A DNA stretch of 64,000 bases from Eledone cirrhosa. Taxonomy: Eukaryota. A program made the translations under genes and the position numbers. Below, piece by piece: positions 1 through 14,367 of this stretch. A model generated the notes under the pieces. It did no database searches. It had not been told where the DNA came from and was given only the letters and a program-made list of their open reading frames with translations. The stretch is from assembly GCA_964016885.1 (NCBI GenBank), contig OZ024740.1, positions 160,270,001 through 160,334,000 of the forward strand, read 5' to 3'. Within the stretch, counting starts at the first letter, position 1. The number at the start of each line of letters is the position of its first letter.

Positions 1-30
1 ATTTAAACACACACACACACACATCCATCT

Positions 31-84
<54 letters not shown>

Positions 85-171
85 TTATAATGTGTGTGTT
101 GTGGAGTGATCTGTCACCGTGTTTGTGTATGAACGTATATCATTATGATTTTAGATTTGTTTTCCATATTG

Positions 172-204
<33 letters not shown>

Positions 205-244
205 CCTTTCCATGCTTGTATATATATATATATATAAATATAAA

Positions 245-310
<66 letters not shown>

Positions 311-356
311 CATATATATATATATATATATAAATACATATATATATATATATATA

Positions 357-773
357 ACAGAGAAGACCCGCCTTACCTAAATATATAGTAAAACCTACTC
401 CAGCCAGTAGGCATCTCTAACAAAATACACCCCGTCCCACCCCCACCACCCCCACCCCATCCACACCACCCCGTTCTATGTAAAGTTATGTTGGTGCCGC
501 GCCATCGAGGCCGAAACAAATGAGATCGTGTAGGTGTCACGACAAAAAAACACACAGTCCACGCTGTAATGTGGCCGTGTAGGCAACACGGTAAAAACCT
601 CCCAGACCCACACTGTAAATGTGGTTGGTGTTAGGAAGGGCATCCAACTGTAGAAAACCTGCCAGACAGTCCTATGCGAGCAAGACAATCACTCTTGCCT
701 CAAGTGGGACTACCCCCGTCCAAACCCATGCAAGCGTGGAACACGGACGTTAAACGTTGATGATGATGATGAT
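357..773 (+). mobile_element. RTE-clade LINE 3' end (last codons, 3' UTR, (GAT)n tail), subfamily A
   Basis: Ends an ORF in EKTRLT*, matching RTE C-termini at 17575 (EKTRVT) and 59688 (QKTRLA). The 3' UTR includes GTTGGTGTTAGGAAGGGCATCC and ends GGACGTTAAACGTT(GAT)n. Flanked by (TA)n. Confidence 0.8.
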
Positions 774-789
774 ATATATATATATATAA

Positions 790-844
<55 letters not shown>

Positions 845-845
845 A

Positions 846-887
<42 letters not shown>

Positions 888-888
888 A

Positions 889-925
<37 letters not shown>

Positions 926-2176
926 AGTATGGAAAGGCAGACCTAAAAATGATATGGTGATGATGATATATATATACATACGTTTGCATATACACATAGC
1001 TTTTTTCAATCATTATCAAATTGACAATCATACATTGATTGCTTGCCAAAATACAGCATCATAATCCTTTAGATATTATTATTGTGCTTACTAAGATTTT
1101 GTACAGCCTTATCATCATAAATATCAGTCACCAACAAATTTGTTCATCAAATATGCTATCCAAACAATATAGAATGTTTTTGAAATTTCAAAAACATACA
1201 CATATTGATCTTCAACTTTAAGCCTCTATACAAGTATTCTTCTGCTATGTAAACATTAAAACTTTCTGAAGTTGAATATTCCCCATTGTGTTTGCAATAT
1301 TTTTTTATATTCTGCAATGTCTTCATTGTTTGACAGCAATTGTTACATCATCTTATATACTACATACAGTGCACCAAGATATGTGTTAGTGCAATGCTGC
1401 TAACATGATCGTCTTTCCTTGTTCCTCTACTTCTCTCTGTATCACTGTCTATCTCTCAATTGCACTGTCTGTCTCTTAGGCCTGTTTGCTTTTAAGAGGT
1501 GTTTTGCACTTTACCCATGCTTTTCCTATATTTGTATTGTTATGGAAAACTATGTCTGGCTCTTTTCTTTTACTCTTCTCACTCTCCTCTTTTTTCTCTT
1601 TCTCTCTCTCAATATATATATATCTCCTCTTTTCTCTTGCCCTTCTACAACTCTTTTTCTCTTTCCTCTCTATTTCACATACGTAAGCATACCTGAACAC
1701 ACATGTCCAAATATGCACACACACACACATGCTTGCACATACTCACACATTTTCTTTGCTGTTTAGTCTGTCCCCTGGTCTCCTTCACTCTCTTACTTTC
1801 CCTTTCATCTAATAACTGCCCCTTCTCACCCACCACTCACAGACAAATACATACTTAAATCCATATACAAACTTTACTTCCTGTTTCTATAAACTTAATG
1901 TCTTTACTGTTCTGTCTCCCTATCAGTCAGTCTGTCATCCTCTCTCCCTCTCAGACAAACATATACACATATTCTTTACTCTTTCACACATACCTTATTT
2001 CTCCTCCTACATCATGCACCTTTGACCTATAATCATTCCCTTCTCTTTATCACCTATACATATTTTCTTCTCTCTCTCTCTCTCTCTAGTTCCTTTAGTG
2101 CATATTTTTCTTTTATGGGCACTGACTTCTTTGTACACACACACACACGCACATGCTTGCAAACACAAACATGCTT

Positions 2177-2233
<57 letters not shown>

Positions 2234-2240
2234 CACACAC
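2177..2240. repeat. (CA)n microsatellite
   Basis: Direct reading; source of the HTHT/CVCV pseudo-ORFs. Confidence 0.95.
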
Positions 2241-3734
2241 AATCCCCCCTCTGTTCATGCACTATCCTCACCCCTGTATATTTCCTTAAAAATGATACAC
2301 TACCTTCATTCTTGTGCACTTTCATTGCCTCAGAAACTGTCTTCATTCTTGTGTACTACCATTACATCTGTACAACTGCCACCCTGTGTGCATTACCTTT
2401 ACTCACCACTATACTTGCAGTATTTATTCATGCTTTTTCTGTTCTAAGTTCACATCCCACAATGGCCTACCTTGGTGATAGACTTAATATGCTGCTCAGT
2501 ATATCACCACCACCACTGTCACCACCTTGGCCTTAGGTGTCTTTAGCAGAGTACACTCTATTGGAAGAATTCAAACCGGGGTTTCTAGTTTGAGTATACC
2601 TTCTTTTCAATCCTAGTCCCATCAATTGTGGAGGACACTACAAAGATTTATGGACACTGTCCTACTCTCTTAACTAAGCAATGTTGAAAAAACATATTTA
2701 CTTGTTTGCTATTCTGCAAAAGTGACAAATTAGTAGAGTAGTTAGGAGGTTGGATAGAATGCTTTGTGACATTTGTTCTAGCATCCTATGTTCTGAGTTA
2801 AATCCCTATCACAGTCATGCTTACATTTCATCCTTTTGGTAAATAAAATACCAGTTAAAAACTGAGTACTGTGTCCTGGGTTAATTCTTCTCTCTCATTC
2901 TATCTCTTCCTCTTCCTCTCAGTCTTTGTGTCTTCCTCTCTCATACTGGTTTTCTCTGTCTGTCTTTTGGCTGACTATGGTCTTTGACTCTTTCTGAATC
3001 AACTATCTCGCACTGTGAGAAAGATGATGGTTGACTACTCACAGAATCCTTTTCTCCAGAAAAGGGGATGAATTGAAGAAGTTTTTAGAAAACTCTTATT
3101 ACAGAAACAATCTCATATGCTACTGAATCTTCTTCAGGACTTGTCTTAACTCTGCCATCATAAGAAAATGGCTGTATAACAACGGAAGACAAAAACAACC
3201 ATTATTCTGCACCAATTGATAGAATCAATTATATATACCAAATTATAATCAGATATTATAGATGTTACATACATTACTGTCACTTCACTACTAGTATTCT
3301 TAATTCAAATCCTCCATTTCTTTCTCTTACCATTAGCTGTCACCAATTATTCTTTTCCTTATATCTACTAATTAGTGAATTCATACAATTGTTCATGATA
3401 TTTGAAGATGCTTCCAAGTATATGAATGGCATTTTACAATACATCTTGATTTTCTATTCTTTCTTTTATCTCATGCTTCCATATCATTTCATTTTGTTCA
3501 CAACTTCTGTTATCAGCATGATCCTTTGCTTTACTCTACACATTATCATATTTATTTGTTTCCATTCATTAGATATGCACTATGCATGTATGCATTCATG
3601 TAATATACACTGATAGAAACACAATATGTCTGCCATGATTTGTAAGCATATATATATGTGATAAAGTTATAATGAAGACTGCACCAATGTGTATAAATAT
3701 ACACTTATCTAATATGTGGGCATGTAAACATTTC

Positions 3735-3960
3735 CCTGTAAATTGAAATTTTATTTTCAGATCTTATTGGTCCTCATCAGTGGACATGTATATTATCCAA
3801 TCAAACATAAGGACGCAATTACTTGATGGTTATATATACCCATTTGCTCTTAGTATTATTCTGAAATGGATGTACTAATTTGCATATAATTAGCACTCAT
3901 GTTGGTAATTGATTAAGATATATAGTTAAGAGTGTGCTAATTATATGCCAAATTAGTACA
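3735..3960 (-). mobile_element. Decayed Penelope-like terminal fragment: degenerate HHR core plus short inverted repeat
   Basis: Minus strand reads CTGATGA-GGACC-AATAA-GATCT-GAAA at about 3755-3780. Imperfect inverted repeat arms lie at 3871-3896 and 3934-3960. Confidence 0.35.
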
Positions 3961-4519
3961 ACCATCACTGTATGTTGTAAGATGCAACTAAAAAGGTTGA
4001 TAACAAGAAATATTTCCAGACAGTAAACACAACCTGAAAGAAACAACTATTTGAGAAATTGTCATGGGGGCTCACAAAGCTAATTCCTTCTCTAGGGAAA
4101 ATTATTTAAAAATATTTGTTGATTTGTTTGCTTTAGATTATTGTTTACTTAAAGACTTAAGACAATAACAATGATATTGAACTGTCAGCTTATGAATAAT
4201 CTAGAAATCCAAAATCAATATTTAACTAGGTCAGATAGCAAAACAGCAATGACAACATTTAATGTCAATAATAAAATTGAAGGAAGTAAAAATATATCAA
4301 GAATTTACATATACGTATTAGAATATAATATGGGTATATAGTAAGTTGTTTGCTAAGCAGCCTGTATACAGTATATGAGCACCAAAATTAACTCAACTGC
4401 TGTGTGTTCACCTGATTGATATGAGATCTGGTGGGTGACTAGTTTTTTGAAATTAATATTGCAAATGGTTGGTTCATTCGAGTCACAGAATTCCAGGCAT
4501 CTCAATCCCTCTTTATTGC

Positions 4520-4780
4520 TTGAGCCATAACCTTAGCCAGTGTGAACTCCACCGAATCCATCCTGGTATTTCCCCACATGTCCATCGAAATCACCTGCCT
4601 GGATGATGAGGTCTCTTTCATCAGTACCTGAAGTTGTCAGTAAAAGTTCCACATAGTAGCTGTCATTTTGGTCTTTACTTCATCTTGCTTGTGGAGCATA
4701 GGTAGATGTAATTATCACCATTCTATTTTCTACAGCTATTCTAAGCTTGATGATTATGTCACCAACTCTAACTACCTCTA
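4520..4780 (-). mobile_element. Decayed RTE apurinic-endonuclease fragment
   Basis: Homologous to 23222-23640; minus strand gives ITSTYAPQ and GDFDGHVG-like APE motifs. Confidence 0.6.
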
Positions 4781-7700
4781 TATATAATTAAAAGGCTAAC
4801 TAGAAATAATATTTAGTATAAATACAAAAAGCAATATTAATCGATGACTCATATTGTTTTCATATTTTGGCAAGTAGTAGAGGCATGAAGGTGGCAAGTT
4901 GGCACAGTATTTGATACAATGTTATGTAGTATAATGTTTTACACTCTTTACTCTGAGTTCAAATCTAGCTGTGGTCAACTTTGCCTTTCATCCTTCTGAG
5001 ATCGATAAAGTACCAGTTCAATACAGGGGTTGATTTTTTTTCTCTATACTGCTTTCTTAATTTTCCACCATCTCTCTCTAAAAAAAGAAGACATTGGGTG
5101 AGTTGTAACTTGGAGAAGGATAGACTCTGCCAATATTAAATGCCCTAAACATGCAGCACACAATAACGCTCCCCTATGATTCCTTCTGCAGTTAAAGCCA
5201 CATAGCTATAGTATGGTGCATACATGCTAAGCTATGACTGCTATTTGATTCAATAATGACACTACATTGCTTTTTCTTCAGTTCCAATGTTTCTTAGTAC
5301 CTCTGCATTGATGACAGACCTCTTTTAACTTATTATAGAGTACCACTCTTGGCTCTTAAGCTTCTTCATGTGGAGGATACTAGAGACAAATAAAAATATA
5401 TTTCAGCTTTATCCTGACCTCTTTAGCAAACGTTTTATTTGCTAAAATACTTATAAATGAATCACTCTGTAAATATATGAGGCTGTACATTTATCACGGA
5501 ATTAACTGATTAGATTTTAATTCAGTAATATTACACATTGTAAGCATTAAATTAACACAGAAAAAATCAACAAATCTACTAATGTTTTGTACTTTTCTTT
5601 TTTACATTCATGCAGTGTTTAATTTCATTCGCAATTATTTATTGGCATAGGAAAATAAAGCTGTTTACAGATGAAAGAATTCTCAGACGCCATCTTTATA
5701 ATAAACAGAAGATAAGATTGTGTTACCATATTTAATACAGGAAGCATTAAAAAACAAAGCAGAAAATTGTATTTTATATGAATGGCACCATGGAATTATT
5801 TAATTTCTAAACAATTCCCAATAAATACACAAGCTTGTATACTTATTTAATGAGTCATTCATTACAAATGTGACAACTCTAAATATTTTCAATATATAAT
5901 AAACTTAAGGAAAATTAGATATTGATGAAAAAAATAAGAAAATTTGAACGAGCTATACAAGTTTAAGAAGAAACTGAAGAACTTGTCTTTTAGTACCAGT
6001 TGACCTGTGCTGTCAATGTTGGCAATAGCATTGAACATATTAAAGTTTAGGAGATCAGGGTTGGTATGCTGTATATACCAGGATTACTGGATATATAAAA
6101 TTTGTACTTTGATAATTTAATAGTTTACATAAAAAAAGCCGTATAGTTTATGTTGGTTACTGACATGTGAAAATTATTAAAGATAAGAATGATATTTTAA
6201 TAATTTGTTTATAGATTATCATTACATAAATGATCAGCATATACATACAGGATTAAATGTATGAGTAACTTTGGAGAAATAACTTTTTACAGAGACAAAA
6301 ATAGGGTTAGAACCAAGAATTGCAATTGGAAAATTATACAAACATAATTGAGAAAGAAAATGCATTGTGTATATATGTATATATGTGTATGTTTTAAAGA
6401 GTTTCAGACAGATATATCAGATACTTTTGCTTTTACATCCACTTTTCCATGCTTGCATAGGTTGGATGGAGTGTTTTGAGCCAATGTTTTACAATCAGAT
6501 GCCTTTTTTTATGCCAACACTTTTAGTTGTCTCTTAAAATATGTAGTTATACATTGTATCTATTCTAAATCTATTCTATTCCCACAGCAGTATATATACA
6601 AATAAATATACAATCATACATGACATATTATTATACTTGATGAGTGCTAGGTAAATTCCTTGCAGTATTTTGTTACGTTTATGTTCTGATATTCAAATCT
6701 TGCCTGAATCAAATATACTATGTGGTTGATTAGAAAGTGAAGTTTTTATTGTGACAACATGATTGAAATAGAAACTGTATTGTGTCCACCTGTATATATG
6801 TCAATGTGTGTAAATTTGAAAGGGTTACCAACAAAAGCACACATTTAATGAGTCATTCATTACAAATGTGGCACCTCCACGACCACATTGCATGTATGCA
6901 CACACACACACACACACACACACCATCATCATCATCATCATCATCACCATCGTTGTTTTAATGTCTGCTTTCCCTGCTAGCAAAGGTTGGACAGATCTAC
7001 ATGGGACATGTTAGTACTGAAGTGGGGGCTACTGATCTCTCAGACAAGGTAGGGGTTTGTTATCTTACAAACGGTTTCACGTTCTACTGAGTGCAGCAGC
7101 AGAAGTCCAACACCCTTGCCACTAGGCTACGCACTTCCATGTAATTATAAATTCTTCTTTGACCAGTAATTCCTGATGGAGTTGTAAGGACACTGTAGTG
7201 ATATACAGAAGTTCTTGGGTATTTTAAAAATATGGAAGAGCCCATCTCCAAAACCAGGCCTGATTAGTTTGTGGGAAGGAGAGATAGAGAGTGATAGAGA
7301 AGAAGTAAGAAGGAGATAAAAAAGAAGAGTCAACTCTGGTTTTGCATGTCAAATATATATATATATACAAAAATAGACATTATGTATTATTATAGTTGAT
7401 ATTATCTGGTCTTTTTTAAATATTGGACTACATTGCCAATTGTATCCTGTCCTAACTAAAAACAGTTGTGTGTAATTTGAAGATAATTTGGCTGGTGTTT
7501 CTAGCAGATTGAGCAAACAGGAATTGTTGAAAACTGACATCAGCTTATATATATTGACTGGACTTTACTTGTTAAGCAGAAAACAGCTTTTCATCTCTCT
7601 ATGTAGCCCTCTCTTTCGCTCTGTCTCTCATACACACACACTTTTAATTTCATTCCTTCAGACAAGTAGTTGGTGTAATATGATGTTAAAACAAAGGCAA

Positions 7701-7999
7701 ATGGTAAAGTTTCAGATACATATATAGATATAATTATATTAGAATCTCTTTGATAAGAATTTAGCCCAAGGACACTGTGGAATGCCCATACCTCTTTTGA
7801 AAACAGTCTGGAAGACACTAAACTGATAACATATTTTCAATGGTAAATGTAGCTTAATTGCATAAAAGTCATAAACTATAAATGGTAACAGTCTGAGGTA
7901 GTAAATTGGTGGAATTTTGAAAACGTTGGGTAAAATGCTTTGTGGTATTTGTTCTGGATTTTTGTATTCTGTGGTCGACTTAATCTATTGTCAGGTTAA

Positions 8000-8416
8000 G
8001 CCCTTCTGATACAAAACCATCTGAAAATACCTCTGGTAATACAATACAAAGCTGTTTGATTTAAAGCTTTTATATTCATTTGTCTAAAAGCCTTCTCTAA
8101 TGATTTTATGTAATCATTTTTAATTTGTTCCAAACACCAGCTTAGTAATGATCAAGTTAGTTATATGACAACAATCTCTCCAATATCCTGTACCACATCA
8201 AAATGCAGTAGTAAAACATGAATATTGACGTTTTAATTGATGAATTAATTGTCGATAAAAATATTTTTCTTTTGTAGATGTTTTTAGTGTATGTAGGATA
8301 ATGTCTGCTAGTAATTGAGTTTAATGGTCTGTCCACAAGTAAACAACTTATAAACATTGGAATTAAACAAAACATTTTTAGACATTTTCTTTGAAATCAT
8401 TACAGTATGTTAAGAG
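8000..8416. mobile_element. Old TTAA-flanked MITE (piggyBac-like)
   Basis: TTAA at both ends with degenerate CCCTT/AAGAG termini; internal similarity to 52953-53205. Confidence 0.4.
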
Positions 8417-9315
8417 TTAATAAGAAAGACTGTTTTTTAATAATAGGTTTGGCCAAGTAAATTTCTCCAATAAGATTATAACAATGGATCAATCTATTTG
8501 CTGCATGTTTTATTACATCAATTATTGCCAAAAGAAACACCTCTTTTAAATGATAGCATTACACTTGTTGTGTTGTCCAATTCAATCCAATATAGTAATG
8601 TGCAGCAAGTGTCTCTATTTCTATATATTTATCTTCTGTGCATAATGTTTTATAAAATCTATTTAGTTTTTTAACTAAATACATTTTATAAACTCTTATA
8701 ACTTTATTAACACAATCTTTGTTCCTGTTCCTACTAGCTGTTGTACTGAAAGAGAGAAAGAGATGATGGTGATGATGATAATACATAAAAGTATAGTTTA
8801 TATGACCACAGATTGTGTAATAAATTCCGATTTTCATGAGCAGAGAGAGAGATCAAAGAAAGACTAAAAAAGGAAGAAAAACAGAAAGCTTGATGTCCCA
8901 AACACCATGCACAATGTAATGCTGAACAGAATACAAGAGATAGAGAAAGAGAAGCACATGTCGAGAGAAAGTAAAATAGAATGCATTATATTTAAAATTT
9001 GAATCTGAATAATACACACAATGGTCATATTTCTTTTGTATTAATTTTTATATATACTTCAGCATATGTAAACAATGTACCAACAAACATTAATATAATA
9101 TTAGCCTGTATTTTCGTAATGGCATATATTTAGAAAGATTCCAATGACCCATTAGCCATCTATCTAAGAAACCTCCCTTCTTTTCCACTTCAATTCATCC
9201 ATTGTTGGGATTTGAAATTCCAGAGACTTTTTTTCCATTTCTTCAAATATGTCATGCATATGAATAACTTTTGATATATATATTCATTCATATATATATT
9301 CATATATATATTCAT

Positions 9316-9351
<36 letters not shown>

Positions 9352-9377
9352 GTTTAACGTCTATCTTACGCTGGACG

Positions 9378-10808
9378 GAATGACTGGTAAAGCTGCTCGG
9401 AGTTTGGTTTGGTCCAGACCTCCAGGTGGAGAAGAACTGGAACGAGGTGACGGCTAAGGTGTTTGCGCTCACCCAGAAGTGGGCTGAGTGCAAACTATCC
9501 TTGAAAGGTCGAGCGGAAGTGGCGAACACTTTTATAGCGTCCGTCATCTACTACTGCTTGACCGTCGTGCGTTGTCCAGCCAAAACTCTCACCAAAATGG
9601 AGCGCGCGCTCTTCCAATTCCTTTGGAAGAAACGGGCTCCTTTGGTGAGAAGATCCATCTGCTGCCAACAACCTTCAAACGGAGGGCTGGGGATGCCATG
9701 GCTGACGATGCGCAAACACGAGCTCAGGTTGCGACACCTCCACGTATTCCTCACCAGACAACAGGTGTGGGCCTCGTTCGTGAGGCGAGCCTTCCCACAA
9801 CTCGTCTCGCTGACCGAGCTGCAGTCCTGGGTCAAGCAAAGACTGAGGAAAATGGGCGACTGGCACATCGAATGTGCTCAGGCGCTCACAGTCCTCTGGC
9901 AAACAGACCCGGCGATCAGTGGAGACTCAACTTCGAGATTCTATAGAGGGTTGGTCCAGAAAGTGCGACGACACGCTCGGAGAAACTCTAGGCGTAGAGG
10001 AGGACGAACTGGCCAGTCTGTTCGGTAGGACCTTCCGCCCGGGACCAATTGACAACTTCCAAAAGTCCCTGGCTTGGCAGTGCTACCGAGGAGCTCTACC
10101 AGTTCGAGACAAGCTCTACAGACACGGGCGCCCGGGTAGGGACCCTTCGAAAAAGATCTGTCCGAGATGCATGCGCGACGAGGAAACCGTCGCACACGCA
10201 TTTGTACACTGCCCGGACATTACCGACCTGTGGGGCTATGTAGAACGACTATTGTCGCGGGTGGGACCAATCCAGATGACCACTGAGTCCATTGTCATGA
10301 TCAAACCACCACCCTCCTTCAAAAACGAGGGAGAGGCAGTTTTCCTATGTGTTATGGTTATGGTGAAAGAGGTTATATGGTGGACGAAGTTAAAAGGACT
10401 TAGGTCAGACACCTTTCTCTCCGGCGAGCAACTGATTCGTTTTTTCAAATATCATTTTGGAAGAAGAATCAGGATGGAGAGAGAGGTGCTATACCCCCAG
10501 CAAATTTTATAAAAGCTGGGTGAATGTGGCAAAGATGGCCCGAGTGGTTGGGCCTTCTCTCTATATAAGCCTGTAGGTTGATGAAAAAGAGGAAGAGAGG
10601 CGGGGAGTACTCACTCTTGGTGCTCCTGGAGATGAGGGTTGTACATTTTTTCGGGGTGTGTACAACCCCTGTGTAACACCTCCCTCCCTATTGGGGATTT
10701 CAATTGTTATTTGTTATTGTAATAATAGTTTTATTTTCATATACCTGTATGTAAACTCCCCATTTGTATTTGTCGCCTTCTTTTGTGCCCTTGTGGCTAA
10801 TAAAGAAA
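9378..10808 (+). mobile_element. 5'-truncated Tx1-clade LINE (ORF2 C-terminal part with zinc finger, one frameshift, 3' UTR)
   Basis: Translates VKLLGVWFGPDLQVEKNW...KGRAEVANTFIASVIYY...GGLGMPW, then ALPVRDKL..CPRC..ETVAHAFVHCP. Clearly paralogous to 34100-35119. Ends CCCTTGTGGCTAATAAAG. Confidence 0.88.
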
Positions 10809-10847
10809 TTTATCTTATATATATATATATTCATATATATATTCATA

Positions 10848-11235
10848 ATCATCATCATCCCTGTTTTACGTCCGTTCTTACACGCTAGCATGGGTTAGAC
10901 GGGTTGTCCTGTTGTGGGCAGTAGCCAGTCAGCTGACCATGCCTTGCTCATATGGGAACTGATTCTGGCTTGATTTCTACAGCTGGATGCTCTTCCTACC
11001 ACCAACCTCATTTACAGTGAATGATGGGTGCTTTTCTTCTGTGGTGCCTACACGTCCAATTTACAGTGTGGGCTGGGTGCTTTTTTTGCCGTGGCACCTC
11101 CACGACCACTTTGCAGTGGGAGGGTGTGGGGGCATATTCTCTATATGCTTCAGCTTCTGTATTACTGCGTGACGCCAGAGGTCATGGTCGTGTGTCATCA
11201 CCTTTGAGAGGTGTAATTGGGTAAGGTCGGCTTTA
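10848..11235 (-). mobile_element. RTE 3' end, subfamily B
   Basis: (CAT)n tail on the left; 3' UTR nearly identical to 45338-45765; flanked by TTCATATATATATTCATA-like repeats (possible TSD). Confidence 0.75.
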
Positions 11236-11267
11236 TTCATATATATATATTCATATATATATTCATA

Positions 11268-11656
11268 CTAGCTGGCCCGTCCGGCTGGCGCCCGGCTAGG
11301 TATCCCTGCCCCCACCACTCCACTGCAAATATACCACACACCCTCCCATGCCACATTTTCCGTCCGACTCTCTCTCTCTCTGGATAATTAACACTTCAAT
11401 TGTATCTCTCTCTGTCTAACGGCCTATCTCTCTCTTTCCTCTCCCTCTGTTTTTCTGTCTCTCTCTGTAGATGTGTGTGTGTAGTTTTCCTAATCTTTCT
11501 CTAAATCTCACTCTTTCTCTCTCTCTCTATGTGTATATATTGAAGGGAGATACGGAAACTAAAACAGTGTTGTCATATAGAGAGTGTAGAGCGACAGAGA
11601 GAGTAAAGCAGTTAAATTATAGAGAGGGGGGAATGATCTTACATTCATACATGCAA

Positions 11657-11687
<31 letters not shown>

Positions 11688-12236
11688 AAGTATAGATATG
11701 TGTGTGTGTGTGTGTGTTTTTTTGTATGTCTGGTGTTTTTGTATGTCTGTGTGTTTGTGTATGTGCATGTGTGTGTCTGTGTGTTTTATTTTGATGTTAT
11801 CCGGCAATTGGCGAAATCAGGTGTGAAAGTATGTGTATTTGTGTGTATGTGTATGTGTGTGTGTATGTGTGTGTGTGTGTGTTACTTATGCGAGCGACGA
11901 CACAAAAAGTGTGGGGCATACATACATTATATATTGTCTGTATTTTCGTTCTGCAAACATTATATTATGATATTTGTATCCAAATGATTTTAGATGTATG
12001 TATTACCTGCTTGCCCGTCCCTCTGTTTCTCTTTCCCTGTCTCTCTCTCTCTCATCTCTCTCTCTCTTTAGATGTGTGTGTGTGTAGTTTTCCTAATCTG
12101 TCTCTCTCTCACTCTCTGTCTCTCTAAGAGGGTTGTCTTTTGATGTATGTATTACCTGCTTGTGTGTTGAAGGAGGTTATCCTTTAGAAATAAACATACA
12201 TACGACGCTCATCTCTATGTTGATATATGATATAGA
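11268..12236 (-). mobile_element. Non-autonomous Helitron
   Basis: Minus strand starts TCTATATCATAT and ends CCGGGCGCCAGCCGG (hairpin)...AGCTAG. Inserted between A and T with no TSD. Interior is rich in microsatellites. Confidence 0.7.
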
Positions 12237-12239
12237 TAA

Positions 12240-12592
12240 TGGGATTGATGAGTTAATATCTGTTTACAACAACTACAACGGTACGTGATGAGGCCCACCC
12301 ACAGCCCCGGCAGACAGAATGGAGAAGGTGTTTCCCCGGAGGACGGTAAGGGAGACGAGCTGGAAAAGCCACTCCAACTCGCGATGCTCACACCTGCAGC
12401 TGACCAGCTCAGCGCCTATGGTGGTGGAGTAAGGAGGTAACCCTGCCGTAAGGAGGCATCCAGCCGTAGAAAATCCGCCAGGCAGTCCTATACGAGCAAG
12501 ACAACTAATCTTGCCTCAAGTGGGAAAATTCCCGTCCAAACCCATGCTAGCGTGGAAGATGGACGTTAAACCATGATGATGATGATGATGAT
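12240..12592 (+). mobile_element. Short element: GC-rich unknown body fused to an RTE subfamily A 3' tail
   Basis: 12445-12592 matches the RTE 3' UTR and (GAT)n tail; 12240-12445 does not match the RTE UTR. Confidence 0.55.
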
Positions 12593-12899
12593 AAATCATC
12601 ACCAATTTTGACTGTGTGAGTTCACTAATACAATAATGAACCTATCCATATATAAACGGTTTCTCTTTCTCTTCCTTCAAACGGGAAAAGACTATCTAGG
12701 TAGAAACAACTGAAATACTTTTCTTTGGTTTAGGTTATATTTTTAGATTTAAAAGATTTTTTTTTTTAAGTCATAAAAATTATACTTATTATAAGTTTAA
12801 CGATTAAAAAAAAATGTCTGCTCCTATACCTATCTTTAAATTAAATTCTGCACTATTTTGAAATATCAGGAGAAAAGATTTTAAACATGTAACTCTCTC

Positions 12900-12957
<58 letters not shown>

Positions 12958-12959
12958 TA

Positions 12960-12992
<33 letters not shown>

Positions 12993-13082
12993 TTCGTTTC
13001 TGAATTTGTTTATTATAATAAATTAAAGTGAAAGCAACTGGTGCGTGTGTTTCTTATTGGCAACATGACCCTCCCAAAGTAT

Positions 13083-13088
<6 letters not shown>
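12993..13088 (+). mobile_element. 3' terminal fragment of a Penelope-like family (AATAAA...AAGTATAACAA then (TA)n)
   Basis: Homologous to the reverse complement of 62431-62515 and to 45180-45245. Confidence 0.5.
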
Positions 13089-13179
<91 letters not shown>

Positions 13180-13198
13180 ATATATATATATAAGTGTG

Positions 13199-13235
<37 letters not shown>

Positions 13236-14070
13236 TTCTTTTCTTCATATAATATACAGAATATACTTATATAGAAGTTTAGTCATTTATTAAAAATGTC
13301 TGGTATTATAACTTTAAATTAAACTATTGTTTTTAAATACAAAGAAAACAACATTGACTTATATATGTATCTGTATTCTTCATCTGATCCTTGGTTGATC
13401 ATCATCATCATTGCCACCATTTAACTTCTGTTTTTCCTGTTAGCAAAGTTTGGACGTTTATAGTAAAATAGTAATTATATGTTGTGCTAGGATTTCAAAA
13501 TTTTGAACATCTTATAAATATTAGCAGTCACATATCATAGCATTTAATATTCATTTTCTTACATATGCAATAATTTCATATGCAGAAACTATTATAGGAA
13601 ACAAAATATTAATTTGATAGCTATATAATTATCAAATGCTAGTTCTGTTACAGAGAAAAGTCTTCAATCATTTTTTTAGTCTTGTTATATATGAATATTT
13701 TTATTTAGTAGTAGCACTAAAACAGCATGATTCAGAATAGAGGCATATATGAAGCATATACACTATGTTTATGTATAAGAAACATATATAAATCTCACTG
13801 TGAGTATTTTAAGCTTTGATCATATCCCAGTAATCTCAGTATTTAAGAATTTATTAATCCATTATCAATGATGTTTACTCACTCACTACTAAGGCAAATA
13901 AGCTCATAGCTTATATATAGAGATTTTGCAAATAATACATTTATGGAGATTCTTTTATTGCCTATATTTATTTCCATTCAAAGTTTTAAAAATATATAAA
14001 CATATATTTAAGTGTAAAGAAAGCAGTTGTCTTAAAAAGCATTGGGAAATTTTAAAATTTGGGTGATGAT

Positions 14071-14265
14071 AATAATTGTTTCTATTTTTGGCACAAGGCC
14101 AGCAAATACCCAGTACATTACTGGTACTTTATTTTATCGACCCCGTAAGGATGAAAGGTAAAGTTAACCTCGGCAGGATTTGAACTCAAATCATAAAGGG
14201 ACGTAACTCTACGCTTCAAAGCATGGTGTCCGACTCTCTACCGATACTGCCAATCCACCGCCCTT
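14071..14265 (-). mobile_element. tRNA-derived SINE, family 1 (central GCCTTTCATCC..GGGGTCGATAAAATAAAGTACCAG domain)
   Basis: Box A-like TGGCAGTATCGGTAG, box B GAGTTCAAATCC and (ATT)n tail; at least 9 recognisable copies in the window. Confidence 0.85.
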
Positions 14266-14367
14266 ATGATAATAATGATGATAATAATGATGATAATGAT
14301 GATAATAATAATGATAATAATGATGATAATGATGATAATAATGATGATAATAATGATGATAATAATG
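14266..14367. repeat. (ATG/ATA)n compound microsatellite
   Basis: Direct reading of ATGATAATA-type units. Confidence 0.9.

Noticed and set aside
5960-7340. Possible minus-strand exons near 6.0 kb and after the pyrimidine tract near 7.26 kb
   Set aside because: No convincing donor-acceptor pair or recognisable peptide.
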